Source: a virus
Lineage: Duplodnaviria > Heunggongvirae > Uroviricota > Caudoviricetes
IMG/VR virus record: IMGVR_UViG_2778261227_000016
Location: 1-11,602 of that record
Direction: 5' to 3' (one strand)
Length of the DNA stretch: 11,602 nucleotides
Positions 1 to 7,211 of this stretch are shown here, piece after piece. The first letter of the stretch is position 1; each line of letters opens with the position of its first letter. A model generated the notes under the pieces. The model saw only the letters and a list, made by a program, of their open reading frames with translations, was not told the origin of the DNA and did no database searches. The position numbers and the translations under genes were made by a program.

Positions 1-516
1 ATGAAATTTAAAAAATGTCTTCTGCCTGTGGCAATGTTAGCGTCATTCACTCTGGCAGGATGCCAGTCAAATGCTGACGATCATGCTGCCGATGTTTATC
101 AAACCGATCAACTGAATACCAAACAAGAAACTAAAACCGTTAATATTATTTCCATTCTTCCCGCAAAAGTTGCCGTAGACAACTCCCAAAATAAACGGAA
201 CGCACAAGCCTTCGGCGCGCTTATTGGCGCAGTCGCTGGCGGTGTTATCGGCCACAACGTCGGGTCTGGCAGCAATTCCGGAACGACGGCAGGTGCAGTT
301 GGCGGCGGAGCTGTAGGCGCGGCAGCGGGTTCTATGGTGAATGATAAAACCTTAGTGGAAGGTGTTTCTTTAACCTATAAGGAAGGCACCAAAGTGTATA
401 CCTCTACCCAGGTGGGTAAAGAGTGCCAGTTTACGACAGGTTTAGCCGTTGTTATTACCACGACGTATAACGAAACGCGTATTCAGCCAAATACTAAATG
501 TCCTGAAAAGAGCTAA
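1..516 (+). CDS. yfgH: Host lipoprotein with glycine-zipper region (YfgH-like)
   Basis: ATG at 1; lipoprotein signal with lipobox LAGC (MKFKKCLLPVAMLASFTLAGC); Gly/Ala-rich glycine-zipper stretch GALIGAVAGGVIGHNVG...GAVGGGAVGAAAG; 171 aa matches the size I recall for E. coli YfgH, and the adjacent same-strand 179-aa gene matches YfgI. Symbol is from recollection, not a search. Confidence 0.55.
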   Translation: MKFKKCLLPVAMLASFTLAGCQSNADDHAADVYQTDQLNTKQETKTVNIISILPAKVAVDNSQNKRNAQAFGALIGAVAGGVIGHNVGSGSNSGTTAGAVGGGAVGAAAGSMVNDKTLVEGVSLTYKEGTKVYTSTQVGKECQFTTGLAVVITTTYNETRIQPNTKCPEKS

Positions 517-531
517 TAATCAGGAGGAGTC

Positions 532-1071
532 ATGAAGAAAGTTTTTCTTTGCGCCATCTTGGCCTCCTTAAGCTATCCGGCTATCGCCTCATCATTGCAG
601 GATCAACTCTCTGCTGTAGCAGAAGCTGAACAGCAAGGTAAAAATGAAGAGCAAAGGCAGCATGACGAATGGGTCGCGGAGCGCAACAGGGAAATCCAGC
701 AAGAGAAGCAACGTCGCGCAAATGCCCAGGCCGCCGCTAACAAAAGAGCGGCAACGGCAGCGGCAAATAAGAAAGCTCGTCAGGATAAACTGGACGCCGA
801 AGCCTCTGCGGACAAAAAACGCGATCAAAGTTATGAAGATGAGCTACGCAGCTTAGAGATTCAGAAACAAAAACTGGCGCTGGCAAAAGAAGAAGCCCGC
901 GTTAAGCGAGAAAACGAATTTATCGATCAGGAACTGAAGCACAAAGCTGCGCAAACCGATGTGGTGCAATCTGAAGCTGACGCCAACAGAAATATGACTG
1001 AAGGCGGTCGCGATCTGATGAAAAGCGTGGGCAAAGCAGAAGAGAACAAATCGGACAGCTGGTTTAATTAA
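532..1071 (+). CDS. yfgI: Host secreted charged/coiled-coil protein (YfgI-like)
   Basis: ATG at 532 preceded by AGGAGG (521-526); N-terminal signal peptide MKKVFLCAILASLSYPAIA; K/E/Q/A-rich low-complexity body; 179 aa, 15 bp downstream of the yfgH-like gene on the same strand, as in the E. coli yfgH-yfgI pair (recollection). Confidence 0.5.
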   Translation: MKKVFLCAILASLSYPAIASSLQDQLSAVAEAEQQGKNEEQRQHDEWVAERNREIQQEKQRRANAQAAANKRAATAAANKKARQDKLDAEASADKKRDQSYEDELRSLEIQKQKLALAKEEARVKRENEFIDQELKHKAAQTDVVQSEADANRNMTEGGRDLMKSVGKAEENKSDSWFN

Positions 1072-1110
1072 TCGATGTTAGTAACTTCAAGCCTATGATT
1101 CTTGAAGATA

Positions 1111-1145
1111 AAAAACCCTCTGTAGTAACAGAGGGTTTTGTTCAT
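1111..1145 (+). terminator. Rho-independent terminator after the yfgI-like gene
   Basis: Perfect 7-bp stem CCCTCTG (1116-1122) / CAGAGGG (1129-1135), loop TAGTAA, followed by TTTTGTTCATTC; an A-run on the 5-prime side makes it potentially bidirectional. Confidence 0.7.
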
Positions 1146-1172
1146 TCATAGTGCAGGGATTAAAATCATTCC

Positions 1173-1209
1173 CACTCAATTATTTACGGATACCATAACC
1201 AATTGAGTG
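1173..1209. repeat. 9-bp perfect inverted repeat CACTCAATT / AATTGAGTG with 19-bp spacer in the host-prophage junction
   Basis: CACTCAATT at 1173-1181 and its reverse complement AATTGAGTG at 1201-1209, between the host terminator and the spanin stop codons; candidate att-arm or recombinase-binding element. Confidence 0.3.
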
Positions 1210-1290
1210 ATAACATTTTTAAAAAGATGAATTTTTCCCGTACCGTTTTATATACCGTCACCGGAAATCAGTACCATGAAAAATGCCATG

Positions 1291-1773
1291 CTATCTGTTC
1301 ATGGTGTCGTACTGTTTTTCGCAGACTCTTCCGGCTTCGGCTGCCCGGTCAGCATACTCTGCCAGTTGTCTGTTTCTCTCGAGAGATTTGCTGAGCACGT
1401 CGGCAAGCAAAACTCCGGTGTCTGCGGCTGACGACCCAGCGCCGACAATGGCGTTATAGTGCCTGAGCTGCTCACGGATGGCAACGAGCTGTTGCTGCAA
1501 CCGGCCAGCGCGAGCGGCAGCATCAAGAGCATCATTGCGCGCCTGGTCGATCCTCTGCTGCGCTTCACGTTCATTGATCGCTTTCTCCTGTTCGTAGTGC
1601 TGACGAACTATCTCATCTTCGGTTTTGCGGTCTTCTTTCGCCTGTGCATACCCGGCATCGTACTGACGACTGCCGTGTACACTCCAGGCAACAACTCCTG
1701 ATATGGCCAGAACAGCAAGCGCCGCCATTATAATCAACTGTTTACGGTATGCTTTTACGAATGCCCAGATCAT
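1291..1773 (-). CDS. Rz-like inner-membrane spanin (i-spanin)
   Basis: 160 aa; N-terminal TM helix ([18 protein letters not shown]) then a charged coiled-coil-like periplasmic region ([50 protein letters not shown]); ATG at 1773 overlaps the endolysin stop as ATGA (1773-1770); contains an embedded lipoprotein ORF in another frame. Confidence 0.75.
   Translation of the reverse strand: MIWAFVKAYRKQLIIMAALAVLAISGVVAWSVHGSRQYDAGYAQAKEDRKTEDEIVRQHYEQEKAINEREAQQRIDQARNDALDAAARAGRLQQQLVAIREQLRHYNAIVGAGSSAADTGVLLADVLSKSLERNRQLAEYADRAAEAGRVCEKQYDTMNR
1299..1574 (-). CDS. Rz1-like outer-membrane lipoprotein spanin (o-spanin), embedded in the Rz-like gene
   Basis: ATG at 1574 with AGGAGA about 8 nt upstream on the minus strand; lipobox LAGC after a hydrophobic run ([13 protein letters not shown]); Pro/Ser-rich mature region; lies wholly inside the i-spanin gene in a different frame, the classic embedded Rz/Rz1 architecture. 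Confidence 0.7.
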   Translation of the reverse strand: MNVKRSRGSTRRAMMLLMLPLALAGCSNSSLPSVSSSGTITPLSALGRQPQTPEFCLPTCSANLSRETDNWQSMLTGQPKPEESAKNSTTP

Positions 1774-2399
1774 ACAGCCAGCACCTTACTGGCAGTGACG
1801 TACCGCGAGCGCCGGTCGTCGATGCCATTCCGGCCACCATTGATAATCAGAGTTACACGTGCAATATCTCCGGGATACTTCATGCAGCCTTTGCTGGAGA
1901 AGAACCACGCCGCGCTACGAGCCGCGTATTCGTCCTGCGTCAACAGCTCAGGATTCTCCAGCAGGTCCACTTTTAGGCCGTTTCCGCAGTCACGATAGTT
2001 ATTCAAACCGGTAATCTGGATAAGCCCGCGCCCACGGTAATTCCAGCCATCGCCGGGAGCATTGTTACCCATGCGTTTGCTGTATACCAGATTTGCGATC
2101 GCGCGCTGGCGCTCAAGTGGCAATGGTGGTTCACCAGCACGGCGACCAAGTGCATTAGCCTGCACCTGAGTGAGACGCCCAGCCCGAACGAAGTTAGCCA
2201 GTCCGCTGACACTGTAGTTGAAATTCTCCTGCAACCTGGTGAAACCACCAGACTCATGCCCGACCTGAGCAATAAACATTGCCTGATCTTCTGCTTTGCT
2301 GATACCAAACTCTTTCATCGCAGAAGTTATATGCGAGAACCAGCGTGCGGCCAGCGCCTCGCTAATACCAGCAGCTCGCTGGAATTGTTTAATCTCCAT
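1770..2399 (-). CDS. Endolysin, glycoside hydrolase family 19 (chitinase-like) type
   Basis: Start placed at the internal ATG 2399-2397 ([11 protein letters not shown]...) with GAGG Shine-Dalgarno just upstream; the 77-residue upstream extension in the ORF track is rejected. Contains the GH19-like motif [10 protein letters not shown] and [12 protein letters not shown]; about 209 aa; sits between holin-like genes and the spanins. Confidence 0.8.
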   Translation of the reverse strand: MEIKQFQRAAGISEALAARWFSHITSAMKEFGISKAEDQAMFIAQVGHESGGFTRLQENFNYSVSGLANFVRAGRLTQVQANALGRRAGEPPLPLERQRAIANLVYSKRMGNNAPGDGWNYRGRGLIQITGLNNYRDCGNGLKVDLLENPELLTQDEYAARSAAWFFSSKGCMKYPGDIARVTLIINGGRNGIDDRRSRYVTASKVLAV

Positions 2400-2697
2400 G
2401 TTTAGACCTCGATACTTTGAAAATTTGAACGACGTTACCGCGCGTTTTAATAACCGCAGCGAGCATGACAGCGTTGATAATGACCTCAGATAAATCCACA
2501 GCCATTGGCGTGCGTAACCAGATTGCATAGACGACACGAACAGGAATACTTGCCGCAGCAACAATAAGGAAATAAGCAAGCCACCCTCCCCATCTTCGAT
2601 GTTGAGAGCCGTTACGCCGGAATGTGACAACGCGAATTGCTATGCCAGTACAAATGACTGCATTGGTGATAAGCAAAAAAAACTCATGCGTTACCAT
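2389..2697 (-). CDS. Small membrane protein in the lysis cassette (second holin or antiholin candidate)
   Basis: 102 aa; ATG at 2697 with GGGAGA upstream; two or three hydrophobic helices ([16 protein letters not shown]; [23 protein letters not shown]); its 3-prime end overlaps the endolysin start by 11 nt. Confidence 0.5.
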   Translation of the reverse strand: MVTHEFFLLITNAVICTGIAIRVVTFRRNGSQHRRWGGWLAYFLIVAAASIPVRVVYAIWLRTPMAVDLSEVIINAVMLAAVIKTRGNVVQIFKVSRSKHGD

Positions 2698-3088
2698 CGT
2701 CTTTTCTCCCCGGAATTAACTCGCGTGGATTATCGGAACGGTGATAGAGCCATATACCAATACGCACAGCAACAATTGCTGACACGAATGCGCCAGCTGA
2801 GAAAACAATCCCTTTTTCAAAAGAGTCCTGCGTGATGGTAGGGATCAGGCTGGCTATGCCGATAAGAATTGATGCTGCTGGTTTATAAAAAAGAAGGCCG
2901 CAGAGAAAGCTAAGCATCGACAAGAGTACACGACGACGAATAGGATACTCTACCGCAGAGGTAACAAAAATCACCGCCCCAGCCAAAGCCCCCAAAGCAA
3001 CCTCAGGAGGAACTCCTGCTATCACCGCCGCCAGAGAACTCATGCTAAGCCACTGATTTAAAGTTTCACTGGTTAGTTGAGCTGACAT
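2684..3088 (-). CDS. Holin-like multi-pass membrane protein
   Basis: ORF-track start at 3097 is GTG; I prefer the in-frame ATG at 3088-3086 (MSAQLTSE...) with GGTGGA about 7 nt upstream. About 134 aa with 3-4 hydrophobic helices and a charged C-terminal tail ([18 protein letters not shown]); first gene of the lysis cluster. Confidence 0.5.
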   Translation of the reverse strand: MSAQLTSETLNQWLSMSSLAAVIAGVPPEVALGALAGAVIFVTSAVEYPIRRRVLLSMLSFLCGLLFYKPAASILIGIASLIPTITQDSFEKGIVFSAGAFVSAIVAVRIGIWLYHRSDNPRELIPGRKDDGNA

Positions 3089-3192
3089 GTTTTCCACCGT
3101 TTACTGTGCATAAAGACCCCCATTAGTTGGTGATCACATCATACACAATAAACCATATATGGTTAAACCTGACTAAGATTGCTCTTAACGAA

Positions 3193-3209
3193 ATTACCCG
3201 AAAGGTGAT
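3193..3209. promoter_or_regulatory. Dyad motif copy a: ATTACC-cgaaa-GGTGAT (candidate operator)
   Basis: In the divergent intergenic region between the holin-like gene and the acyltransferase gene, 38 nt upstream of the acyltransferase ATG; shares both half-sites with copies at 6703, 7083 and 8122. Confidence 0.4.
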
Positions 3210-3246
3210 ATCATTGACGTATCATATGATTTTGTGAAAAAAAATT

Positions 3247-4302
3247 ATGCTAGAAGAGAAAAAAAGCCACGCCATTGATTATGTAAAGTGTATTGGTATT
3301 GTTCTTGTTATATTTGGTCATTACCCAAATACAATTATCAATATACTAAAGCCATACATGTATCACATGCCTCTATTTTTCTTCTTGGGTGGGATTCTTT
3401 TTAATACAAAAAAAGGAAGTATAAAGCACTATAAAAACTTAGCAATTAAATATCTACTATACATAATTATGTCGTATGTTTTTTTGGGATTGACTGTTAA
3501 GTTAATGCATTATTTGTTTGAAACTCAAGACAAATTAATTTACGTTAACAATCTTTATGATTCTGTGATGTTTGCACTGAAAAGCAATTTTCACAACAAT
3601 CCGTTATTTATGGTTGGATGGTTTTTATTGAGCTATATGCTCGTTCTTGTAGTTGCATATCCATTTTACAAAATAATTGAGACGTATTTAAACGAGACGA
3701 CAGCGAAAGTTTTTTCTTTTACGATTGGACTCGCTATTGGATACGTGGCGATTACATATGTATCACCAATGTACAAAGAAAGCAAGATGTTCTATTTTAA
3801 CACTCTATGTCAGGTGATGGTTGGTTTGTCATTCTTCATGATCGGCTACGCCGCCAAAAATGTGATATGGAAATTTCTAAATCCATATACTACATTTACC
3901 TTGTTTTTATCCGTTATTTTCTTTCGTCAGTCTGGATTAATCACGAATTTATATATGTCATGGAGCACTTACGCAGATGGTTTTGTCATGAGCCTAGTTG
4001 GTGCGTTAATTGGAATTTATATAATATTTTTCTTTGCCGACCTGTTTTCAAAAGCTGGCGACTATAAATTAATGCGTATGGTTGGCAGTGAAAGTAAGGC
4101 TATAATGACGTTTCATATGTTAAGTTTCACGATAGTTGACATTATTTTCTCGCTACTAGGTTTCTATACAGTTGATAAAAAGCAGATACTCAATCACTTT
4201 ACATCAGCTTATTCCCTTCCTTTGAATATATTAATCGCAATATTCCTGTCTATTTTATTAGGGAAAGCATTAAGGAAGTTATCTAAAGGCGTATACGCAT
4301 GA
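3247..4302 (+). CDS. Acyltransferase family 3-like integral membrane protein (candidate O-antigen/LPS O-acetyltransferase; AT-rich accessory gene)
   Basis: 351 aa, about 10 hydrophobic helices; N-terminal motif DYVKCIGIVLVIFGHY resembles the conserved first-helix Asp/Arg...His motif of acyltransferase-3 (Oac/OafA-type) enzymes; strongly AT-rich (17 of 60 G+C in 3301-3360); opposite strand to and directly beside the tailspike gene. No obvious Shine-Dalgarno before the ATG. Confidence 0.5.
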   Translation: MLEEKKSHAIDYVKCIGIVLVIFGHYPNTIINILKPYMYHMPLFFFLGGILFNTKKGSIKHYKNLAIKYLLYIIMSYVFLGLTVKLMHYLFETQDKLIYVNNLYDSVMFALKSNFHNNPLFMVGWFLLSYMLVLVVAYPFYKIIETYLNETTAKVFSFTIGLAIGYVAITYVSPMYKESKMFYFNTLCQVMVGLSFFMIGYAAKNVIWKFLNPYTTFTLFLSVIFFRQSGLITNLYMSWSTYADGFVMSLVGALIGIYIIFFFADLFSKAGDYKLMRMVGSESKAIMTFHMLSFTIVDIIFSLLGFYTVDKKQILNHFTSAYSLPLNILIAIFLSILLGKALRKLSKGVYA

Positions 4303-4320
4303 AGCCCCTTTTGGGGCTTC
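4301..4320. terminator. Stem-loop between the convergent acyltransferase and tailspike genes (bidirectional terminator candidate)
   Basis: Perfect 8-bp stem GAAGCCCC (4301-4308) / GGGGCTTC (4313-4320) with TTTT loop, between stop codons at 4300-4302 (+) and 4329-4331 (-); no long U-tract on either side. Confidence 0.5.
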
Positions 4321-4328
4321 TAAATGAA

Positions 4329-6599
4329 TTACGGAACTCGCGTTAGTACGTTATTATTCCAGTAACATTCACCACTCGCCAGACCGGTAGCTGAAGTAGG
4401 AAGAGTGAGTTTCATTGAGAGGTTAGTCAACTCAATCTTGTCGGTGTCATAAGACCCAAGCCGCAGTCTGTTCGAGCTTAACAATCTTGTGCTATCATTT
4501 GAAAACGAAAAAGAGGTACTATTTATCCTTACATTACCAATTGTTGTTGCAGACGCACCACTTGGAAATCCTCCATTAAAATTATCAAAAATATCATTCA
4601 GAGATCCTGATACTGAAACTCCAGAAACACCGTTCGTCACAGTTACAATTTGCTGTTGTGCATCACAAGAATCTGTTAATAAATTGCCAATAAGAGTACC
4701 TGCTGTAATTGAAATGTGGTTACCTATAATCTTGTTATCACCATGTGTTATATCAACGATATTGGTGCACGCCCCGATATGCTGGATATTGATATGGTTG
4801 CCACGTAACTCACCACTTGGTTGAGCGTTATTGGGTCCTTTAAGGTTAACATCGACACGGCATACGCCATTAAACATTATGTTGATTTTGTTGTTGTACC
4901 CTCTTCTTACTCTCAGTGGGCTGTCAATCGTGCCGTAGTTGGCAGAATTCATTGCGGTGAGCTCAACATCAATATCCGCTGAGCGATCCAGCAATACCAA
5001 CCCCTCGTCTAACTCCTTACCCGACACTGATCCCAACCCGCAGTTTAGCGCGTAGATATCTTTGAAACTACCGAACGAAATATCTGTAGCATAGCTTGGT
5101 GTCACCATTTCTCTGACGTTTCTTATCACTCGATCACAGTTCTCAGCGGAACAATTATAGTAGTGAACGTCTGTTGCAGTAGTCCATTCGCCAACACCAT
5201 TTTCACGACCAACAAATTCAAATGCTGATGAGCAACTTTCAACTTTTGCACCTTCAATTCTTATATTATCAACGCCGTATTCCCAGTTAAACGCCTTCCC
5301 GCCTGCTGAGTATTGTGATGACGAACCTCTGCGGCAGTTACGTATCACGCCACCAATCGACAAAACGTTCCTGCATTTACTACCGCTGATACCATTTTCA
5401 CCTTGCACATCAGACGTCGGATAACCAATATTCCCCCCATCTATATGTGGATTAATGAAACGTACATTTTCAACAGGATTACTATAAGTCCCCAGCACAG
5501 CAATCACTCCACCAATAGTTGATTTGGCAGTTAGCGTAATAAATGATGGCTTCAGCCATTCCATAGTCACATTACTAGGAACAACGATGTTATCAGAAAT
5601 TGGATATACCATTTCTTCAGTTATGATAACGCGAACACCAAATTTTGATGCTGCATTAACCGCCCCCTGAAGTCCATACAAAGTATCCGTATCAGATGGC
5701 GTAACACCAAAATCCTCTGGTGTTATATCGAATGCAGAGCGAACCCACTTCAGAGCACCACTACCAGCGACAACACCTCCATCATCTAAATCAGAGGTCG
5801 CCTTTGCGATAAACTCACCGCCACCCAACAAGGATCCAGAATGCCAGCCTTTCAACAAAATCCTCTGGCCTTCAAACTCCGGAAAAATAGAACGCAACTC
5901 ATTGAAACTATTACATTGCCCAATGCGCTTGAAACCATCAGGCTTTGCTAACTCTATAAGAACGTCTGAGGCTGACCCAGAAGGTGGTGTTATAACAATA
6001 ACGTTACCACTGTTATCAAAAGCTGGCATTTTATTGCGTCTGCCATCAACGTCAGGAAGTTGGTTTATTGGCTCAGGTACGCGAAGAGTTCTGCTAAAAT
6101 TTCCTGATGCGAGGCTATCCACATAATTTTTTGTTGCAGCATCCTGCGGTCTTACTGGATCACGTAAATTTCTGATGTAATTATTCATCGCATCATAATA
6201 GTTTGCAGCAAACGATGGCTTACGAAGCGCCAGTCTGAACCAATTACGAGTTTGCTGAATCAGCATAGTTAGTTTATCAAATGCATCCTCATGCACCTCA
6301 GCAAAAAACTTACCCTGGTTACGCAGATCTGTCTCCTGCGTAACCAGGAGCTCTCGAGAGATAGATATCTGATGACCGTTTGCCAATGCCTTCGACAAAA
6401 TTACATTGCCACCATTATATCCTCCAGCCCCGGTAACAGAGTAATCAGTATCCAGTTTCAACACCGTGATGTTTTCATTGAGGTCAGCAATCTGAACGGT
6501 CAAGTCTGACTTTTTGAAAATTCTGAATGTATACGGAAATGATGTCGTTACGCCGTTACCAGTGTATTCGTTGTGATCAACTTCGGTTGAGACCGTCAT
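4329..6599 (-). CDS. Tailspike / tail fiber protein with beta-helix-type receptor-binding (depolymerase-like) body
   Basis: 756 aa; ATG at 6599 with GGAGA about 8 nt upstream; N-terminus MTVSTEVDHNEYTGNGVTTSFPYTFRIFKKSDLTVQ... resembles the conserved particle-attachment N-domain of podophage tailspikes (recollection); central and C-terminal region rich in Gly/Asn/Ser/Thr/Val repeats typical of right-handed beta-helix folds; the 3-prime third is visibly more AT-rich than the 5-prime part. Confidence 0.8.
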   Translation of the reverse strand: MTVSTEVDHNEYTGNGVTTSFPYTFRIFKKSDLTVQIADLNENITVLKLDTDYSVTGAGGYNGGNVILSKALANGHQISISRELLVTQETDLRNQGKFFAEVHEDAFDKLTMLIQQTRNWFRLALRKPSFAANYYDAMNNYIRNLRDPVRPQDAATKNYVDSLASGNFSRTLRVPEPINQLPDVDGRRNKMPAFDNSGNVIVITPPSGSASDVLIELAKPDGFKRIGQCNSFNELRSIFPEFEGQRILLKGWHSGSLLGGGEFIAKATSDLDDGGVVAGSGALKWVRSAFDITPEDFGVTPSDTDTLYGLQGAVNAASKFGVRVIITEEMVYPISDNIVVPSNVTMEWLKPSFITLTAKSTIGGVIAVLGTYSNPVENVRFINPHIDGGNIGYPTSDVQGENGISGSKCRNVLSIGGVIRNCRRGSSSQYSAGGKAFNWEYGVDNIRIEGAKVESCSSAFEFVGRENGVGEWTTATDVHYYNCSAENCDRVIRNVREMVTPSYATDISFGSFKDIYALNCGLGSVSGKELDEGLVLLDRSADIDVELTAMNSANYGTIDSPLRVRRGYNNKINIMFNGVCRVDVNLKGPNNAQPSGELRGNHINIQHIGACTNIVDITHGDNKIIGNHISITAGTLIGNLLTDSCDAQQQIVTVTNGVSGVSVSGSLNDIFDNFNGGFPSGASATTIGNVRINSTSFSFSNDSTRLLSSNRLRLGSYDTDKIELTNLSMKLTLPTSATGLASGECYWNNNVLTRVP

Positions 6600-6702
6600 G
6601 TTAAATCTCCAGATAGTCGCAGCACCCGTTGCGCCGCATATCCGGTCATTCTATTACCTGAAAAACCACATATGGATAGATAACCCATAAATACGAACAG
6701 AT

Positions 6703-6719
6703 ATTACCTTTCAGGTGAT
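6703..6719. promoter_or_regulatory. Dyad motif copy b: ATTACC-tttca-GGTGAT (candidate operator)
   Basis: In the divergent region between the tailspike start (6599, minus) and the LexA-box promoter of the antirepressor locus; identical half-sites to copy a. Confidence 0.4.
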
Positions 6720-6755
6720 TCGCAAAACGTGCTGGATAGCAAGCAAATTATTTGA

Positions 6756-6775
6756 TACTGTATAAATATACAGTT
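6756..6775 (+). promoter_or_regulatory. LexA (SOS) box overlapping a promoter upstream of the antirepressor locus
   Basis: TACTGTATAAATATACAGTT matches the E. coli LexA consensus TACTGT-(AT)4-ACAGTA: CTGT 6758-6761, an 8-nt A/T-only spacer, ACAG 6770-6773. Overlaps a -35-like TTGATA (6752-6757); the first ATG with a Shine-Dalgarno (GGAGA 6783-6787) is at 6795. Confidence 0.65.
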
Positions 6776-6794
6776 ATTGCATGGAGAAGATAAG

Positions 6795-7052
6795 ATGCAG
6801 CAGTATCACTATCCACTGGAAGACGGATTTACCGAAAGGATTCACACGCCGGGAGGCGTCAGGTCACTAGTGGAGGGATCGCACTTGATGAAATTACTCC
6901 GGGATCTCGATAAGGATGGATTTAATGTCGATGGCCCACTTGCCGAACTGACTGCACTGATTAACTACGTCACCAGCTCACAGATGTCTATGCGGGATCT
7001 GCAAACACATCTCGACTATTGTGCCGAACAATTACGAAAACAAACCAGATAA
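6795..7052 (+). CDS. Small protein paralogous to the C-terminal domain of the downstream antirepressor
   Basis: ORF-track start at 6777 is TTG; I prefer ATG 6795 (MQQYHYPLEDG...) with GGAGA upstream; 85 aa. Residues HTPGGVRSLVEGSHLMKLLRDLDKDGFNVDGPLAELTALINYVTSSQMSMRDLQTHLDYC align by eye with the C-terminus of the 7365-8051 product (HSPSGVLGLTENSLLMNLLNQLQDDGHDVSGAAAELTTMFCYIVGVSKCLRDIQTHAEYI), about 40 percent identity. Confidence 0.5.
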   Translation: MQQYHYPLEDGFTERIHTPGGVRSLVEGSHLMKLLRDLDKDGFNVDGPLAELTALINYVTSSQMSMRDLQTHLDYCAEQLRKQTR

Positions 7053-7082
7053 GGTTTGCAATTACCAAATGGAGTGCTTATA

Positions 7083-7099
7083 TTTACCTTTGCGGTAAA
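7083..7099. promoter_or_regulatory. Dyad motif copy c: TTTACC-tttgc-GGTAAA (candidate operator) overlapping a promoter-like element
   Basis: Perfect palindrome arms ATTTACC / GGTAAAT; immediately downstream of -35-like TTGCAA (7055-7060) and -10-like TATATT (7079-7084), i.e. at the -10/+1 position typical of repressor operators. Confidence 0.4.
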
Positions 7100-7191
7100 T
7101 TTACATCACACTCCTCTTGTGCCATAGTAATCGGGCACTGGCAAAATCCAGTGCCGGGATTGGCGTCCCGAGTTACTACAGAGGCACATAT

Positions 7192-7211
7192 GCCGCATAA
7201 GCGGTTTTTTT
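7192..7211 (+). terminator. Weak intrinsic terminator / attenuator-like hairpin in the antirepressor leader
   Basis: Short stem GCCGC (7192-7196) / GCGG(T) (7201-7205), loop ATAA, followed by a run of seven T (7205-7211); lies in a roughly 310-nt untranslated leader that also holds an 8-bp-stem hairpin (7134-7155) and a GAAA-tetraloop hairpin (about 7251-7266). Confidence 0.3.

Noticed and set aside
67-856. ORFs 67-255 (-), 592-828 (-) and 644-856 (+) overlapping the yfgH-like and yfgI-like genes
   Set aside because: Embedded in or antisense to host genes with clear signal peptides and ribosome-binding sites; no independent support.
1203-2493. Plus-strand ORFs 1203-1394, 1459-1701, 1749-1976, 1795-1998, 2296-2493 and minus-strand 2003-2308 across the spanin/endolysin region
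   Set aside because: Antisense or out-of-frame relative to the coupled lysis genes; several begin with non-ATG codons and lack a Shine-Dalgarno.
2400-2630. N-terminal 77-residue extension of the endolysin ORF in the six-frame track (1770-2630)
   Set aside because: No endolysin-like sequence and it overlaps the 102-aa membrane gene; the internal ATG at 2399 has a good Shine-Dalgarno and gives a typical GH19 endolysin of about 209 aa.
3214-3246. Possible sigma-70 promoter for the acyltransferase (TTGACG at 3214-3219)
   Set aside because: No acceptable -10 hexamer at 16-18 bp spacing and only about 27 nt to the ATG; left as unresolved rather than called.
3807-4067. Plus-strand ORF 3807-4067 inside the acyltransferase gene
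   Set aside because: Alternative frame of the same strand within a continuous 351-codon membrane-protein ORF.
4489-6509. Plus-strand ORFs 4489-4824, 5902-6126 and 6291-6509 inside the tailspike gene
   Set aside because: Antisense to a long, well-supported CDS, with no start signals and low-complexity translations; treated as frame artefacts.
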